Source: Patescibacteria group bacterium (GTDB lineage Bacteria; Patescibacteriota; Minisyncoccia; Phycocordibacterales; WO2-35-19). From it: DNA of 56,154 bases. Made by a program: the position numbers and the translations under genes. Of this stretch, positions 35,768 through 46,897 are shown one piece after another. Every line of letters starts with the position of its first letter. Within the stretch, counting starts at the first letter, position 1. The stretch is taken from the NCBI GenBank assembly GCA_038056395.1, contig JBBUFS010000011.1:1-56154 (forward strand). Direction: 5' to 3'. The notes beneath the pieces were generated by a model. That model was given only the letters and a program-made list of their open reading frames with translations. It had not been told where the DNA came from and made no database searches.

Positions 35768-37534
35768 ATGAGTATTTTAGATGTTCTTGTAAAACAGGGA
35801 GTCATTGAGACTAAAGACCTTTCTTCAATCAGGGAAAAAACTCAATCTTCTGGGAAAGACATTGGGGAGGCGCTTTTGGCTTTGGGAGTAAGTGAAGAAG
35901 ATATTTTAAGGGCCAAATCCGAGTATTATGCTATGCCTTTCAAAAACATTGATATCTCTTCAATCACCAGCAAAGTTTTGGATTACATTCCGGAGGAAGC
36001 CTCAGTTTACTATCAGTTTGTTCCGATTGGAGTGGCCGATGGCGTTTTGGAAGTGGGAGTGGTAGATCCAGACAACATTTCGGCCCGTGACGCCCTCAAT
36101 TTTATTTCATCTAAAGTAAATTTACCGTTCAAAACTTTCATTGTATCTCGAGATGATTTTGATAAAGTTATAAATTTATACAAAGGCCTTTCTGGCGAAG
36201 TGACCAAAGCTTTAACCGAACTGGAGACTGAATTTGTGACTGAATCTTCCAAGGAAGAAGGAGACCAGAAAGAAGAAAAAAAGAAAGCGCCTGAAGAATC
36301 TGAAAATGTAAGCGATCTTGGCGGAGGAGGAGAAAACAAAGACGCTAGAATTATTGAAAATGCTCCAGTTACAAAAATAGTGGCCACTATTTTAAGATAT
36401 GCCATTGATGGCCGAGCTTCTGATATTCATATAGAACCGACTGTTTCAAATGTAAAAATTCGTTTTCGAGTGGATGGCATTATGAACACCAGTATTGTTC
36501 TTCCTTTGAGAGTGCACAGCGCGGTAGTAGCCAGAATTAAAATTATGTCCAATATGCGGCTTGATGAAAAAAGAAAACCGCAAGACGGCAGATTTTCCGC
36601 CAAACTAAACGAGAGAAAAGTTGATTTCAGAGTTTCCACCTTTCCCACTTATTACGGCGAAAAGGTGGTTATCCGTATTTTGGATCAAGAGAAAGGCATA
36701 CGCCGATTAAGCGAACTGGGTTTAAGCAAGAAAAATCTGGAGCAGATTATGAGCGCTATTGATCGGCCCTATGGTCTCATTCTGGTATCAGGTCCAACCG
36801 GGTCAGGCAAGTCTACTACTTTGTATGCCATGATGAATGAAGTCGATAAGGACCATAAAAATGTGCTTTCTCTTGAGGATCCGATTGAATATAATATGGA
36901 GGGCATGAGCCAATCCCAGGTGATGCCGGAGATTGGGTATACCTTCGCTTCTGGTCTTCGCACCACTCTCCGTCAGGACCCGGATATTATAATGGTGGGT
37001 GAGATAAGAGACAAAGAGACAGCCCAACTGGCAATCCAGGCCGCTTTAACCGGCCACTTGGTTTTTTCTACCATTCACACCAACAATGCCATAGGAGCCA
37101 TCCCTCGCCTGATTGATATGGGCGTAGACCCTTTCCTTATTGCTCCCACTTTGATTATTGCTATTGCTCAAAGATTGGCTAGAACTTTCTGTCCAGGCGC
37201 TGGTAAGCCGGTTAAAGTGGACGCAAGCATACAGATGATGATAGACAAGCAATTTGCGGATTTGCCGGAAGTTTACAAAAAAGAAATTTCGTTCGGCAAA
37301 GAGGTATATGAAATTTCTCCGGGGCCAAATTGTCCTAATGGCGTGCAGGGCCGGGTGGCCGTGATGGAAGTGCTTGAAATTGATAAAGAAATGGAGCGAA
37401 TTATTCTTAAAAATCCGACGGAACAGGAGATTTGGAAATACGCCAGATCCAAAGGCATGCTCACTATGAAAGACGATGCTATCATCAAAGTTTTCAATAA
37501 AGTTATTCCGTTTGAGGAATATAATAGTTTATAG
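35768..37534 (+). CDS. pilB: Type IV pilus extension ATPase PilB/GspE
   Basis: ASDIHIEP, PQDGRF, GPTGSGKSTT, LRQDPDIIMVGEIRD and STIHTN motifs. Confidence 0.94.
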   Translation: MSILDVLVKQGVIETKDLSSIREKTQSSGKDIGEALLALGVSEEDILRAKSEYYAMPFKNIDISSITSKVLDYIPEEASVYYQFVPIGVADGVLEVGVVDPDNISARDALNFISSKVNLPFKTFIVSRDDFDKVINLYKGLSGEVTKALTELETEFVTESSKEEGDQKEEKKKAPEESENVSDLGGGGENKDARIIENAPVTKIVATILRYAIDGRASDIHIEPTVSNVKIRFRVDGIMNTSIVLPLRVHSAVVARIKIMSNMRLDEKRKPQDGRFSAKLNERKVDFRVSTFPTYYGEKVVIRILDQEKGIRRLSELGLSKKNLEQIMSAIDRPYGLILVSGPTGSGKSTTLYAMMNEVDKDHKNVLSLEDPIEYNMEGMSQSQVMPEIGYTFASGLRTTLRQDPDIIMVGEIRDKETAQLAIQAALTGHLVFSTIHTNNAIGAIPRLIDMGVDPFLIAPTLIIAIAQRLARTFCPGAGKPVKVDASIQMMIDKQFADLPEVYKKEISFGKEVYEISPGPNCPNGVQGRVAVMEVLEIDKEMERIILKNPTEQEIWKYARSKGMLTMKDDAIIKVFNKVIPFEEYNSL

Positions 37535-37543
37535 AATGATATA

Positions 37544-37951
37544 ATGAATAACATGTCCGAAGAAGAAAAAAAATATACAATTATAATAGTGGATGACGAT
37601 GATTTTTTGGTTAACATGTATGCCACCAAATTTGGTCATAGCGGTGTTTCAGTGGAGGCTTGCAAAACCGGAGAATTGTTTTTGGAGAAATTGCGCGCCG
37701 GGGCAAAAGCGGATTTGATACTTTTGGATATTGTGATGCCCGGCAAAAATGGCATAGATGTATTAAAAGAAATGCGCAAACTTAAATTGGGGGAGGGTAT
37801 TCCTGTGGTAATGCTTTCCAACCAAAGCGATGAAAAAGGTATAAGTGAAAGCAAAAAACTGAATATTGCCGGCTATATAGTCAAATCAGCGGCCACTCCG
37901 TCGGAAGTGGTTGACGAAGTGTTAAGAATTATAAAAAATTCACACCCCTAA
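37544..37951 (+). CDS. Single-domain response regulator inside the pil operon
   Basis: IVDDD, LLDIVMPGKNG and GYIVK motifs. Confidence 0.9.
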   Translation: MNNMSEEEKKYTIIIVDDDDFLVNMYATKFGHSGVSVEACKTGELFLEKLRAGAKADLILLDIVMPGKNGIDVLKEMRKLKLGEGIPVVMLSNQSDEKGISESKKLNIAGYIVKSAATPSEVVDEVLRIIKNSHP

Positions 37952-37960
37952 TTTTATTTT

Positions 37961-39010
37961 ATGAACGAATTAGACACTCTTATAGAACTGGTGGTTAAGG
38001 AAGGAGCTTCGGATTTGCATCTTTCTGAAGAAAGATGTCCATACCTTCGAGTTTCCGGCCAATTGGTGCCTCTTTCCAAATATCAAAAGTTCACCAAAGC
38101 TTCAATGGAAAATATCCTCAGCAAAACTCTTTCCGATTTAAAAAAGGATGCATTTAAAAATTCCCAGAGCGCCGATTTTGCCTACGGCTATAAAGGAGAA
38201 AGATTCAGAGCCCATATATTTTTGGACCAGCAAAAAATTTGCCTGACTCTGCGCCATATCCCCAAAAAAATTCCAACCTTGGCCGAGTTGAATCTGCCGG
38301 ATAATCTGGAAAATTTTGCCAGATTGAAAGCGGGCTTCTTTCTAGTAGTTGGTCCGACCGGACACGGCAAATCCACTACTCTGGCTTCTATGATAGAGAG
38401 TATAAATAATGAAAGATTGGAGAATATAATTACCATAGAAGATCCCATAGAATATTTATTTACTCCCAAGAAATCCATTATCCACCAAAGAGAGGTCGGC
38501 ATAGACACGCCAAGTTTCGGAGATGCCCTGCGAAATTCTTTCAGAGCTGATGTCAATGTAATAATGGTTGGCGAAATGAGAGATGCGGATACTATGTCTA
38601 CGGCAGTCTCGGCGGCCGAAACCGGCCACTTGGTATTTTCCACTCTGCATACCAATAACGCCGCTCAGACGGTTGACCGCATTTTAGATTCGTTTAGCCA
38701 TGACCAGCAGGACCAGATTCGCCTCCAATTGGCCGCTTCTTTGTCTGGCATCTTTTCCCAGAGATTAATTCCTAAAATATCTGGCGGTTTGGTGCCGGCC
38801 TATGAACTTATGATAAATAATGTGGCAGTCTCAAATCTTATTCGAGATAAGCGAACCCATGAATTAAATACAGTCATTGAGACCAGTTCTCAAGACGGCA
38901 TGATTGATTTCAATAGGTGTCTGGTAGAAAAAGTGAATCGCGGGGAAATCAGCATTGAAAACGCATACTTGTATTCCACCAACCCGCGCTCTTTGGAGAA
39001 GATGCTATAA
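37961..39010 (+). CDS. pilT: Type IV pilus retraction ATPase PilT
   Basis: ASDLHL, GPTGHGKSTT, QREVG, AAETGHLVFSTLHT and NLIR motifs. Confidence 0.94.
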   Translation: MNELDTLIELVVKEGASDLHLSEERCPYLRVSGQLVPLSKYQKFTKASMENILSKTLSDLKKDAFKNSQSADFAYGYKGERFRAHIFLDQQKICLTLRHIPKKIPTLAELNLPDNLENFARLKAGFFLVVGPTGHGKSTTLASMIESINNERLENIITIEDPIEYLFTPKKSIIHQREVGIDTPSFGDALRNSFRADVNVIMVGEMRDADTMSTAVSAAETGHLVFSTLHTNNAAQTVDRILDSFSHDQQDQIRLQLAASLSGIFSQRLIPKISGGLVPAYELMINNVAVSNLIRDKRTHELNTVIETSSQDGMIDFNRCLVEKVNRGEISIENAYLYSTNPRSLEKML

Positions 39011-39014
39011 CACC

Positions 39015-40226
39015 ATGCTTTTTTCATATAAAACAATCAATAAAAATGGAGAAAGAGAAGAAGGCGACATAGAAGCTTTTAGCTTGGATTTAGCCATCTC
39101 CTCTTTGCAGAGAAGAGGATTGATTGTCTCCACCATCAAGCTAAAAGATGAAAGTGGTGGAGATATACTCCAAAAAATTCCTTTCTTAAACAGGGTTTCA
39201 AACAAGGATATTGTTATTCTCTCAAGGCAAATGTCCACTCTTTTTGAGGCTCAAGTTTCGGCCCTTCGTGTTTTTAAACTGATTGGCGCCGAAGCGGAAA
39301 ATATTACTTTGAGAAAGCATTTGCTTGAAGTGGTTGATGACCTGCAGGGCGGCAGTTCAATATCGGCCGCTCTCTCCAAACACCCGGATATTTTTTCCGA
39401 TTTTTATGTCAATATGGTTAAGACCGGAGAAGAATCCGGCCACATAGACCAAACTTTTTTATATCTGGCTGATTATATGGACCGCACCTACGAAGTTACA
39501 TCCAAAGCCAAGAATGCTCTTATTTATCCGGCCTTTGTCATCTTTACTTTTATATCCGTTATGATTTTGATGTTTACGGTTATTGTGCCGAAAATCGGCG
39601 CTATTATAAAAGATTCTGCCCAAGAAATACCTATCTATACAAAAATTGTTTTTTGGGTGAGCGACTTATTTGTCAATAATTGGTTAGTGATGCTTTTGTT
39701 GTTGTTTGCTTTGATTGCGGGTGTTGTCTGGTATGGCAGAACCGAAGAAGGCAAAAGATGGATTTCAAATGCCCGGCTCCATATTCCCTATATAGGCGAC
39801 CTTTACCGCAAATTGTATCTTTCCCGCTTTTCTGACAATATGAGCACCATGATTCTCTCCGGTATTCCGATGCTGAAAGCGATTGAAGTGACCTCTTCCA
39901 TTATAGATAATGAAATATACAAAGAAGTTTTGAATGAATCTTTGGCTAAAATTAAAGCCGGCCAGGCTCTTTCAGCGGCGCTTGGAGAACGAAAAGAAAT
40001 GCCAAATATGTTAATCCAGATGATAAGAGTCGGAGAGGAAACTGGAGAGCTTGGCAGTATTTTGAAAACCATGTCAAAGTTTTATCAAAGGGAAGTCATG
40101 AACGCGGTGGATACTTTGGTGGGCATGATTGAACCTATAATGATAGTGGCTCTGGGAGTTGGCGTCGGCATTCTCTTGGCCTCAGTCCTGATGCCTATCT
40201 ATAATATAGCTTCAACCGCGTCATGA
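39015..40226 (+). CDS. pilC: Type IV pilus platform protein PilC (T2SS F family)
   Basis: GEESG, ALIYP, GEETGEL and IEPIMIV motifs; ATG at 39015. Confidence 0.93.
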   Translation: MLFSYKTINKNGEREEGDIEAFSLDLAISSLQRRGLIVSTIKLKDESGGDILQKIPFLNRVSNKDIVILSRQMSTLFEAQVSALRVFKLIGAEAENITLRKHLLEVVDDLQGGSSISAALSKHPDIFSDFYVNMVKTGEESGHIDQTFLYLADYMDRTYEVTSKAKNALIYPAFVIFTFISVMILMFTVIVPKIGAIIKDSAQEIPIYTKIVFWVSDLFVNNWLVMLLLLFALIAGVVWYGRTEEGKRWISNARLHIPYIGDLYRKLYLSRFSDNMSTMILSGIPMLKAIEVTSSIIDNEIYKEVLNESLAKIKAGQALSAALGERKEMPNMLIQMIRVGEETGELGSILKTMSKFYQREVMNAVDTLVGMIEPIMIVALGVGVGILLASVLMPIYNIASTAS

Positions 40227-40684
40227 AAAATAAAAATTTAGGGTTTACATTAATTGAATTGCTCGTAGTCATTATGATTATAGGAGTTTTGTCTTCCATT
40301 ATTTTAACCAGTCTTTCAAATTCAAGAGCCAGAGCTTATGATTCAAAAATAAAGCAGCAACTTAATGGTTTTCGCACGGCTACTGAAATATATTTTACTA
40401 ATCAAGATCCAAATAGTTATAACACTACTGGCAATCTTATCATTTCTTGCGCTAATGGCATATTTAGCGATATCAGTTCTGAAAATGGCGCTCCGGGTTT
40501 GTATCTTGATTCGGCCAATCTTCCGGATTTTGCCATTACGGTTTGCGGGGCCAATGCTTCTGGTTCTGCTTATGCCGTCAAAGCTCCGCTTTATTCCGGC
40601 AATGAATATTGGTGCATAGACAACGGGGGTTTTTCTGGACTGGTAGCGGACGCGATAACTGGCCCTACCACTATTTGCCCATAA
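40223..40684 (+). CDS. Type IV pilin
   Basis: G/FTLIELLVV prepilin motif; C-terminal WCID. Confidence 0.92.
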   Translation: MKNKNLGFTLIELLVVIMIIGVLSSIILTSLSNSRARAYDSKIKQQLNGFRTATEIYFTNQDPNSYNTTGNLIISCANGIFSDISSENGAPGLYLDSANLPDFAITVCGANASGSAYAVKAPLYSGNEYWCIDNGGFSGLVADAITGPTTICP

Positions 40685-40824
40685 TATAAGATATCCACAT
40701 ATTTGCTACTGATAGTTCTTTTATTGTTTATAATATAGAATAAGCTTAAGAGTTAAATATATAAGGTCGATTCAAACTTAAGCTTCTCTCTCGAGAGAGA
40801 AATTAGTTAATTTCATTTAAAAAT

Positions 40825-41274
40825 ATGTTTAAAAATCAAAAAGGTTTTACACTTATTGAACTTCTTGTCGTTATCGCCATTATAGGTATATTGTCTTCTG
40901 TCGTTTTGGCTTCTCTTAACACTGCTCGAGGCCGAGGCAATGATGCTAAAGTCAAATCTCAGCTTTCCGGCCTTCGTGCTTCTGCAGAGCTCTTTTACGA
41001 CACTGCTGGCAACTATGGCGCAGCAACAGATCTTTGTACAGCTGCAATGTTCGCCGACACAGCTTCTGGTATGGCAACTTATGCCACTCAAGCTAACTAC
41101 CCAACAGGGGCTACTCTGGCGTGTCATGCAATTCTTTCACCAGCAACCTATGCAGTTTCTGCGGTCTTGCCCGGAACTACTGCTGGTAACAATGACAACT
41201 GGTGTGTTGATTCCACAGGCGCTTCCAAATTCATAAATGATCCGTTGGCTGCTGGCGATACAGTTTGCAACTAA
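40825..41274 (+). CDS. Type IV pilin (likely major pilin)
   Basis: KG/FTLIELLVVIAIIG; has its own upstream region and a downstream hairpin (41298-41329). Confidence 0.93.
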   Translation: MFKNQKGFTLIELLVVIAIIGILSSVVLASLNTARGRGNDAKVKSQLSGLRASAELFYDTAGNYGAATDLCTAAMFADTASGMATYATQANYPTGATLACHAILSPATYAVSAVLPGTTAGNNDNWCVDSTGASKFINDPLAAGDTVCN

Positions 41275-41346
41275 TTCTAGTTAAAGTTATCTAGAGCAAA
41301 ACACCCGAGAACTTATCAGAGGGTGTTTTGTGTTATTATTTAACAA

Positions 41347-42210
41347 ATGCAATATTTTTTTCTGATTTTAATATTTTGGTTCGGGGCGGCTTTGGGCAGT
41401 TTTGTGGCGGTGATTGCAAACAGGCACAATACCGGTTTGCCTTTTTTAAAAGGCCGATCAATATGTTTTTCCTGCAATGCAAAACTTCAAAAAAAAGATT
41501 TAATCCCTATTTTTTCTTTTCTTTTTTTAAAAGGCAAATGCGGACATTGCGGGTCAAAAATACCCAAAGAAACTATTATCATTGAAATTTTGATGGGAGT
41601 TCTTTCTGTTTTAGCCGCTTTTAAATCCGGTTTTTTAGTTTCCGATTTTTCTCTCCGCCTCGCCACAGCTTTTAGCGAAGGCTGGTTGTTGCTAATTGCT
41701 AGCTACTTGTTACTGACAGCTATTTTCGCCAATATCCTGCTTATCTCCGTTTATGACTTGAAACACTTCATTATTCCCGACTCCTTTCTTGTTTCTTTAT
41801 TCATTTTTTCTCTTTTCTATACCTTGATGCCGGCTACTGACTACTGGCTACTTATTAATATAATTTCTGGTATCGTTCTCGCCATACCATTCCTCCTCAT
41901 ATTTTTAATTTCCAAAGGCCGCTGGCTGGGTTTTGGAGATGTTAAATATATTTTGGTTTTAGGCTTTTTACTGGGATTTATTCAGGGCTTATCAGCCATT
42001 GTCTTGTCTTTTTGGATAGGAGCCGCCTTTTCTTTGATTGCTCTTTTTCTGAATCGACTTAAACCCCATATAAATTTGCCTCTCTTTAAAAATAGTCTTA
42101 CAATTAAGTCTGAAGTTCCCTTCGGGCCTTTTCTCTCTCTGGGAATAATAATAAGTTTTTATTTAAATTTGGATCTGTTTCAAATTCATGAGCTCTTCAA
42201 TATTTTTTAA
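41347..42210 (+). CDS. pilD: Prepilin peptidase
   Basis: GSF, RS.C..C, KGKC..C, YDLKH.IIPD, GFGDVK and PFGPFL motifs. Confidence 0.93.
   Translation: MQYFFLILIFWFGAALGSFVAVIANRHNTGLPFLKGRSICFSCNAKLQKKDLIPIFSFLFLKGKCGHCGSKIPKETIIIEILMGVLSVLAAFKSGFLVSDFSLRLATAFSEGWLLLIASYLLLTAIFANILLISVYDLKHFIIPDSFLVSLFIFSLFYTLMPATDYWLLINIISGIVLAIPFLLIFLISKGRWLGFGDVKYILVLGFLLGFIQGLSAIVLSFWIGAAFSLIALFLNRLKPHINLPLFKNSLTIKSEVPFGPFLSLGIIISFYLNLDLFQIHELFNIF
41653..41685. repeat. Family-B element, in frame inside pilD
   Basis: CGCCACAGCTTTTAGCGAAGGC core; encodes LRLATAFSEGW. Confidence 0.55.
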
Positions 42211-42859
42211 AAATAAAAATAAAGGCTTGCCCCGCGAGGCTTTAGCGAAGTGGGGGTTTACTTTGGTTGAACTTATAGTGGTTATGAGTATAGCCACTGT
42301 TATTATGACTGCTCTGATTATCCAGCAGAGCAAATGGAATGACCGCTTGACGGTCAATACTCAAGCTTACGAATTGGCTTTAATGATTCGTCAAGCCCAG
42401 ATTTATAGTTTGGGGGTGAGGGAAGATATGGCTGGGGGAGGCGGATTTGATGTGGGGTATGGGGTTTACTTTGATAAAGATTATGTTGATGTTAATGGTA
42501 AAATAAATAGGTATATATTTTTCGCTGATAAAAACAATGCAGATATAGGAAAATATGACGCCGGGGATGCGATAATTGAAACCAAAACTTTCACCAGGGG
42601 AGTAATTATAGACGAGTTTTGCGGAACAAAAGGCAATGGCCAAAATGATGACAGATGCGCGCCTGGCGCCGGTAATGTGGTTATGCTCAACATCACCTTT
42701 TTTAGGCCGGACCCTAAAGCCAACATACTTTTTTTGAATAATGGAGGTCAGTCAACCAATATCATTCCTCCCGCTAAAATTTATCTAAAATCTCTCGGAG
42801 GCAAGGAATATTCAGTAAATGTGGAGGCTAATGGGCAGATTTCAATAATACAAATTTAA
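42188..42859 (+). CDS. Minor pilin (FimT/GspH-like)
   Basis: WG/FTLVELIVV motif. Confidence 0.88.
   Translation: MSSSIFFKNKNKGLPREALAKWGFTLVELIVVMSIATVIMTALIIQQSKWNDRLTVNTQAYELALMIRQAQIYSLGVREDMAGGGGFDVGYGVYFDKDYVDVNGKINRYIFFADKNNADIGKYDAGDAIIETKTFTRGVIIDEFCGTKGNGQNDDRCAPGAGNVVMLNITFFRPDPKANILFLNNGGQSTNIIPPAKIYLKSLGGKEYSVNVEANGQISIIQI
42225..42254. repeat. Family-B element, in frame at the prepilin cleavage site
   Basis: GCTTGCCCCGCGAGGCTTTAGCGAAGTGGG matches 26593-26622 at 24 of 30 positions. Confidence 0.75.
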
Positions 42860-43413
42860 TGGCAAACAAACTAAAAATTAATGAAGGATTTACCTTGGTG
42901 GAGCTTCTTATCGCGGTGTCTTTGTTTATCATCGTAGCCACCATCTCAATGGGGGCCATAATCAGCGTTTTTGATGCCAACAAAAAATCCCAATCATCTA
43001 AAACGGTGGTGGATAATTTAAATCTTTCTATTGAAAATATGGTCAGGGTGGTTCGTTTTGGAGGTAATTATCATTGCGGTACCAGCGGCAATTTAAATAC
43101 CCCGAGAAACTGCTCTAATGGCGATACTTTCCTGGCCACCTCTTTTAACGGCGATGTCATATCCTACGGCCTTTGCGGCGCTGAAATCAGGCGGGGAACA
43201 GGCGGTGAAAAAAATTGCAATCAAATGCCGGCCATTACTTCGCCAGATACTTTTATAGAGTATTTAAAATTTTATGTTTTTGGAGCTGAAGATTCCGGTA
43301 TTAATCAACCATATATTATCGCTGTTATAAAAGGTCGTGTGGGAGCTAAACCGACCACTCAAACCGCGTTTTCCATAGAAACTTTAATATCCCAAAGAGC
43401 GCTTGATTTATGA
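42859..43413 (+). CDS. Minor pilin (PilW-like)
   Basis: EG/FTLVELLIA motif. Confidence 0.88.
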   Translation: MANKLKINEGFTLVELLIAVSLFIIVATISMGAIISVFDANKKSQSSKTVVDNLNLSIENMVRVVRFGGNYHCGTSGNLNTPRNCSNGDTFLATSFNGDVISYGLCGAEIRRGTGGEKNCNQMPAITSPDTFIEYLKFYVFGAEDSGINQPYIIAVIKGRVGAKPTTQTAFSIETLISQRALDL

Positions 43414-43967
43414 TAAATAAATTTAAAAAACAAGGGGGGTTTACAATGCTTGAATCTATCGTGGCTATTTTTATACTTTCCCTCTCCATATCGGGAGTTT
43501 TCTCGGCGGTCCAGCAAGGTCTTTCTCAAACCATAATAGCCAAAGACGAAGTCAAGGCTTTTTATCTGGCTCAAGAAGCGGTGGAAATAATAAGAAATAA
43601 AAGAGACAACAACCAGCTCAACAGAATAAGCACCGGCGCAGGTTATTGGCTTGATGGCATAGCCGGATCTCTCGGAGATCCATGTTTTAATCAAATATGC
43701 AGAGCTGATGCCACCGGTCCCGGCTCGCCCCCGGTTTTCCTTTATGCTTGCGGCATGTGGGGGGATTGCCCTGTTTTAAAACAAGACCAGAGCGCCTATT
43801 TGTATAATTATGCTACGGGAAACCCCACTAATTTTAAAAGAGAAATACAAATTGAATCGGTGGCCGCTGATGAAATAGCTGTTACCGTTAAAATCACATG
43901 GACCAAAGGCTTGGCAAGCAAGGAATTCAAAGTAAAAACCATTTTATTTGATTGGATAGATATATGA
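43410..43967 (+). CDS. Minor pilin (PilV-like)
   Basis: GG/FTMLESIVA, A.YLAQEAVE.IR and F.REI patterns. Confidence 0.88.
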   Translation: MINKFKKQGGFTMLESIVAIFILSLSISGVFSAVQQGLSQTIIAKDEVKAFYLAQEAVEIIRNKRDNNQLNRISTGAGYWLDGIAGSLGDPCFNQICRADATGPGSPPVFLYACGMWGDCPVLKQDQSAYLYNYATGNPTNFKREIQIESVAADEIAVTVKITWTKGLASKEFKVKTILFDWIDI

Positions 43968-44485
43968 AAAACAAAGGCATGACATTGTTTATAGCGGTGG
44001 TAATAATGGGCATTTTGCTTTTTATCAGTTTTGCGGTGATTAACATTACTTTAAAGGCCACCCTGTTTGCCTCTTCCGGCCGGGATTCCCAGTACGCTTT
44101 TTACGCCGCCGATGCCGGCATAGAATGCGCCATTTACTGGGATTCCAAATTTGACAAATTTGCCACATCAACCTCGGGCGCTTCTATAAGTTGCGCCAAT
44201 CCGGTTGTTCCTCCGCCGGACAATATAGTTGCCGGACAGACCATTCCCGGCAATGCGTCGCTAACCTTAATTGGGGGTGGCGGCGACGCAGATCAGACAA
44301 GCATTTTTTATTTCACCATGAATCAGGGTTTAAACCCGGTGCCCTATTGCGCCATTGTGACGGTAAAAAAATATTATGATGGTAGCCCAAAAATCCTCAA
44401 AACTTACATCAAATCTAAAGGTTATAACACCTGCGATACTTTCAATTCCAGAAGAGTAGAGAGGGGAATTGAGGTAACATATTAA
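43964..44485 (+). CDS. Minor pilin (PilX-like)
   Basis: KG/MTLFIAV lacking E5; AFYAADAGIECA; ATGA overlap. Confidence 0.85.
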   Translation: MKNKGMTLFIAVVIMGILLFISFAVINITLKATLFASSGRDSQYAFYAADAGIECAIYWDSKFDKFATSTSGASISCANPVVPPPDNIVAGQTIPGNASLTLIGGGGDADQTSIFYFTMNQGLNPVPYCAIVTVKKYYDGSPKILKTYIKSKGYNTCDTFNSRRVERGIEVTY

Positions 44486-46567
<2,082 letters not shown>

Positions 46568-46588
46568 AAAAATGTTATTATTCAAAGT

Positions 46589-46897
46589 ATGATTTCCAAA
46601 GAAGAAATTAAAAAATTGGCTGATTTGGCAAGGATAGATGTAGCGGACGGAGAAATAGAAAACTTAAGGGGCGAAATGGACTCTATACTTGAATATGTGG
46701 GACAAATAAAAAAGGTCGCTAGGGAGGCAGTTTTTCCCTCTCCTGAACAAGGAGGGGGCGACACAATAGTGCGGGGTGAGGTCAATGTTATGCGAGAAGA
46801 TACGAACCCGACAGAATCAGAAAAATACAGCAAAGAATTAACAGCTGAATTTCCGGATAGTGAGAATAATTATTTGAAAGTAAAGAAGATTTTATGA
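46589..46897 (+). CDS. gatC: Asp/Glu-tRNA amidotransferase subunit C
   Basis: LA.LARI, IL.YV, NVMRED and KVKKIL motifs; upstream of gatA. Confidence 0.92.
   Translation: MISKEEIKKLADLARIDVADGEIENLRGEMDSILEYVGQIKKVAREAVFPSPEQGGGDTIVRGEVNVMREDTNPTESEKYSKELTAEFPDSENNYLKVKKIL
46736..46758. repeat. Family-C hairpin, in frame inside gatC
   Basis: CCCTCTCCT-GAACA-AGGAGGGGG; encodes PSPEQGG. Confidence 0.55.

Noticed and set aside
33155-44485. Type IV pilus locus as a novel system
   Set aside because: Gene content and order match the ordinary CPR competence/pilus cluster.
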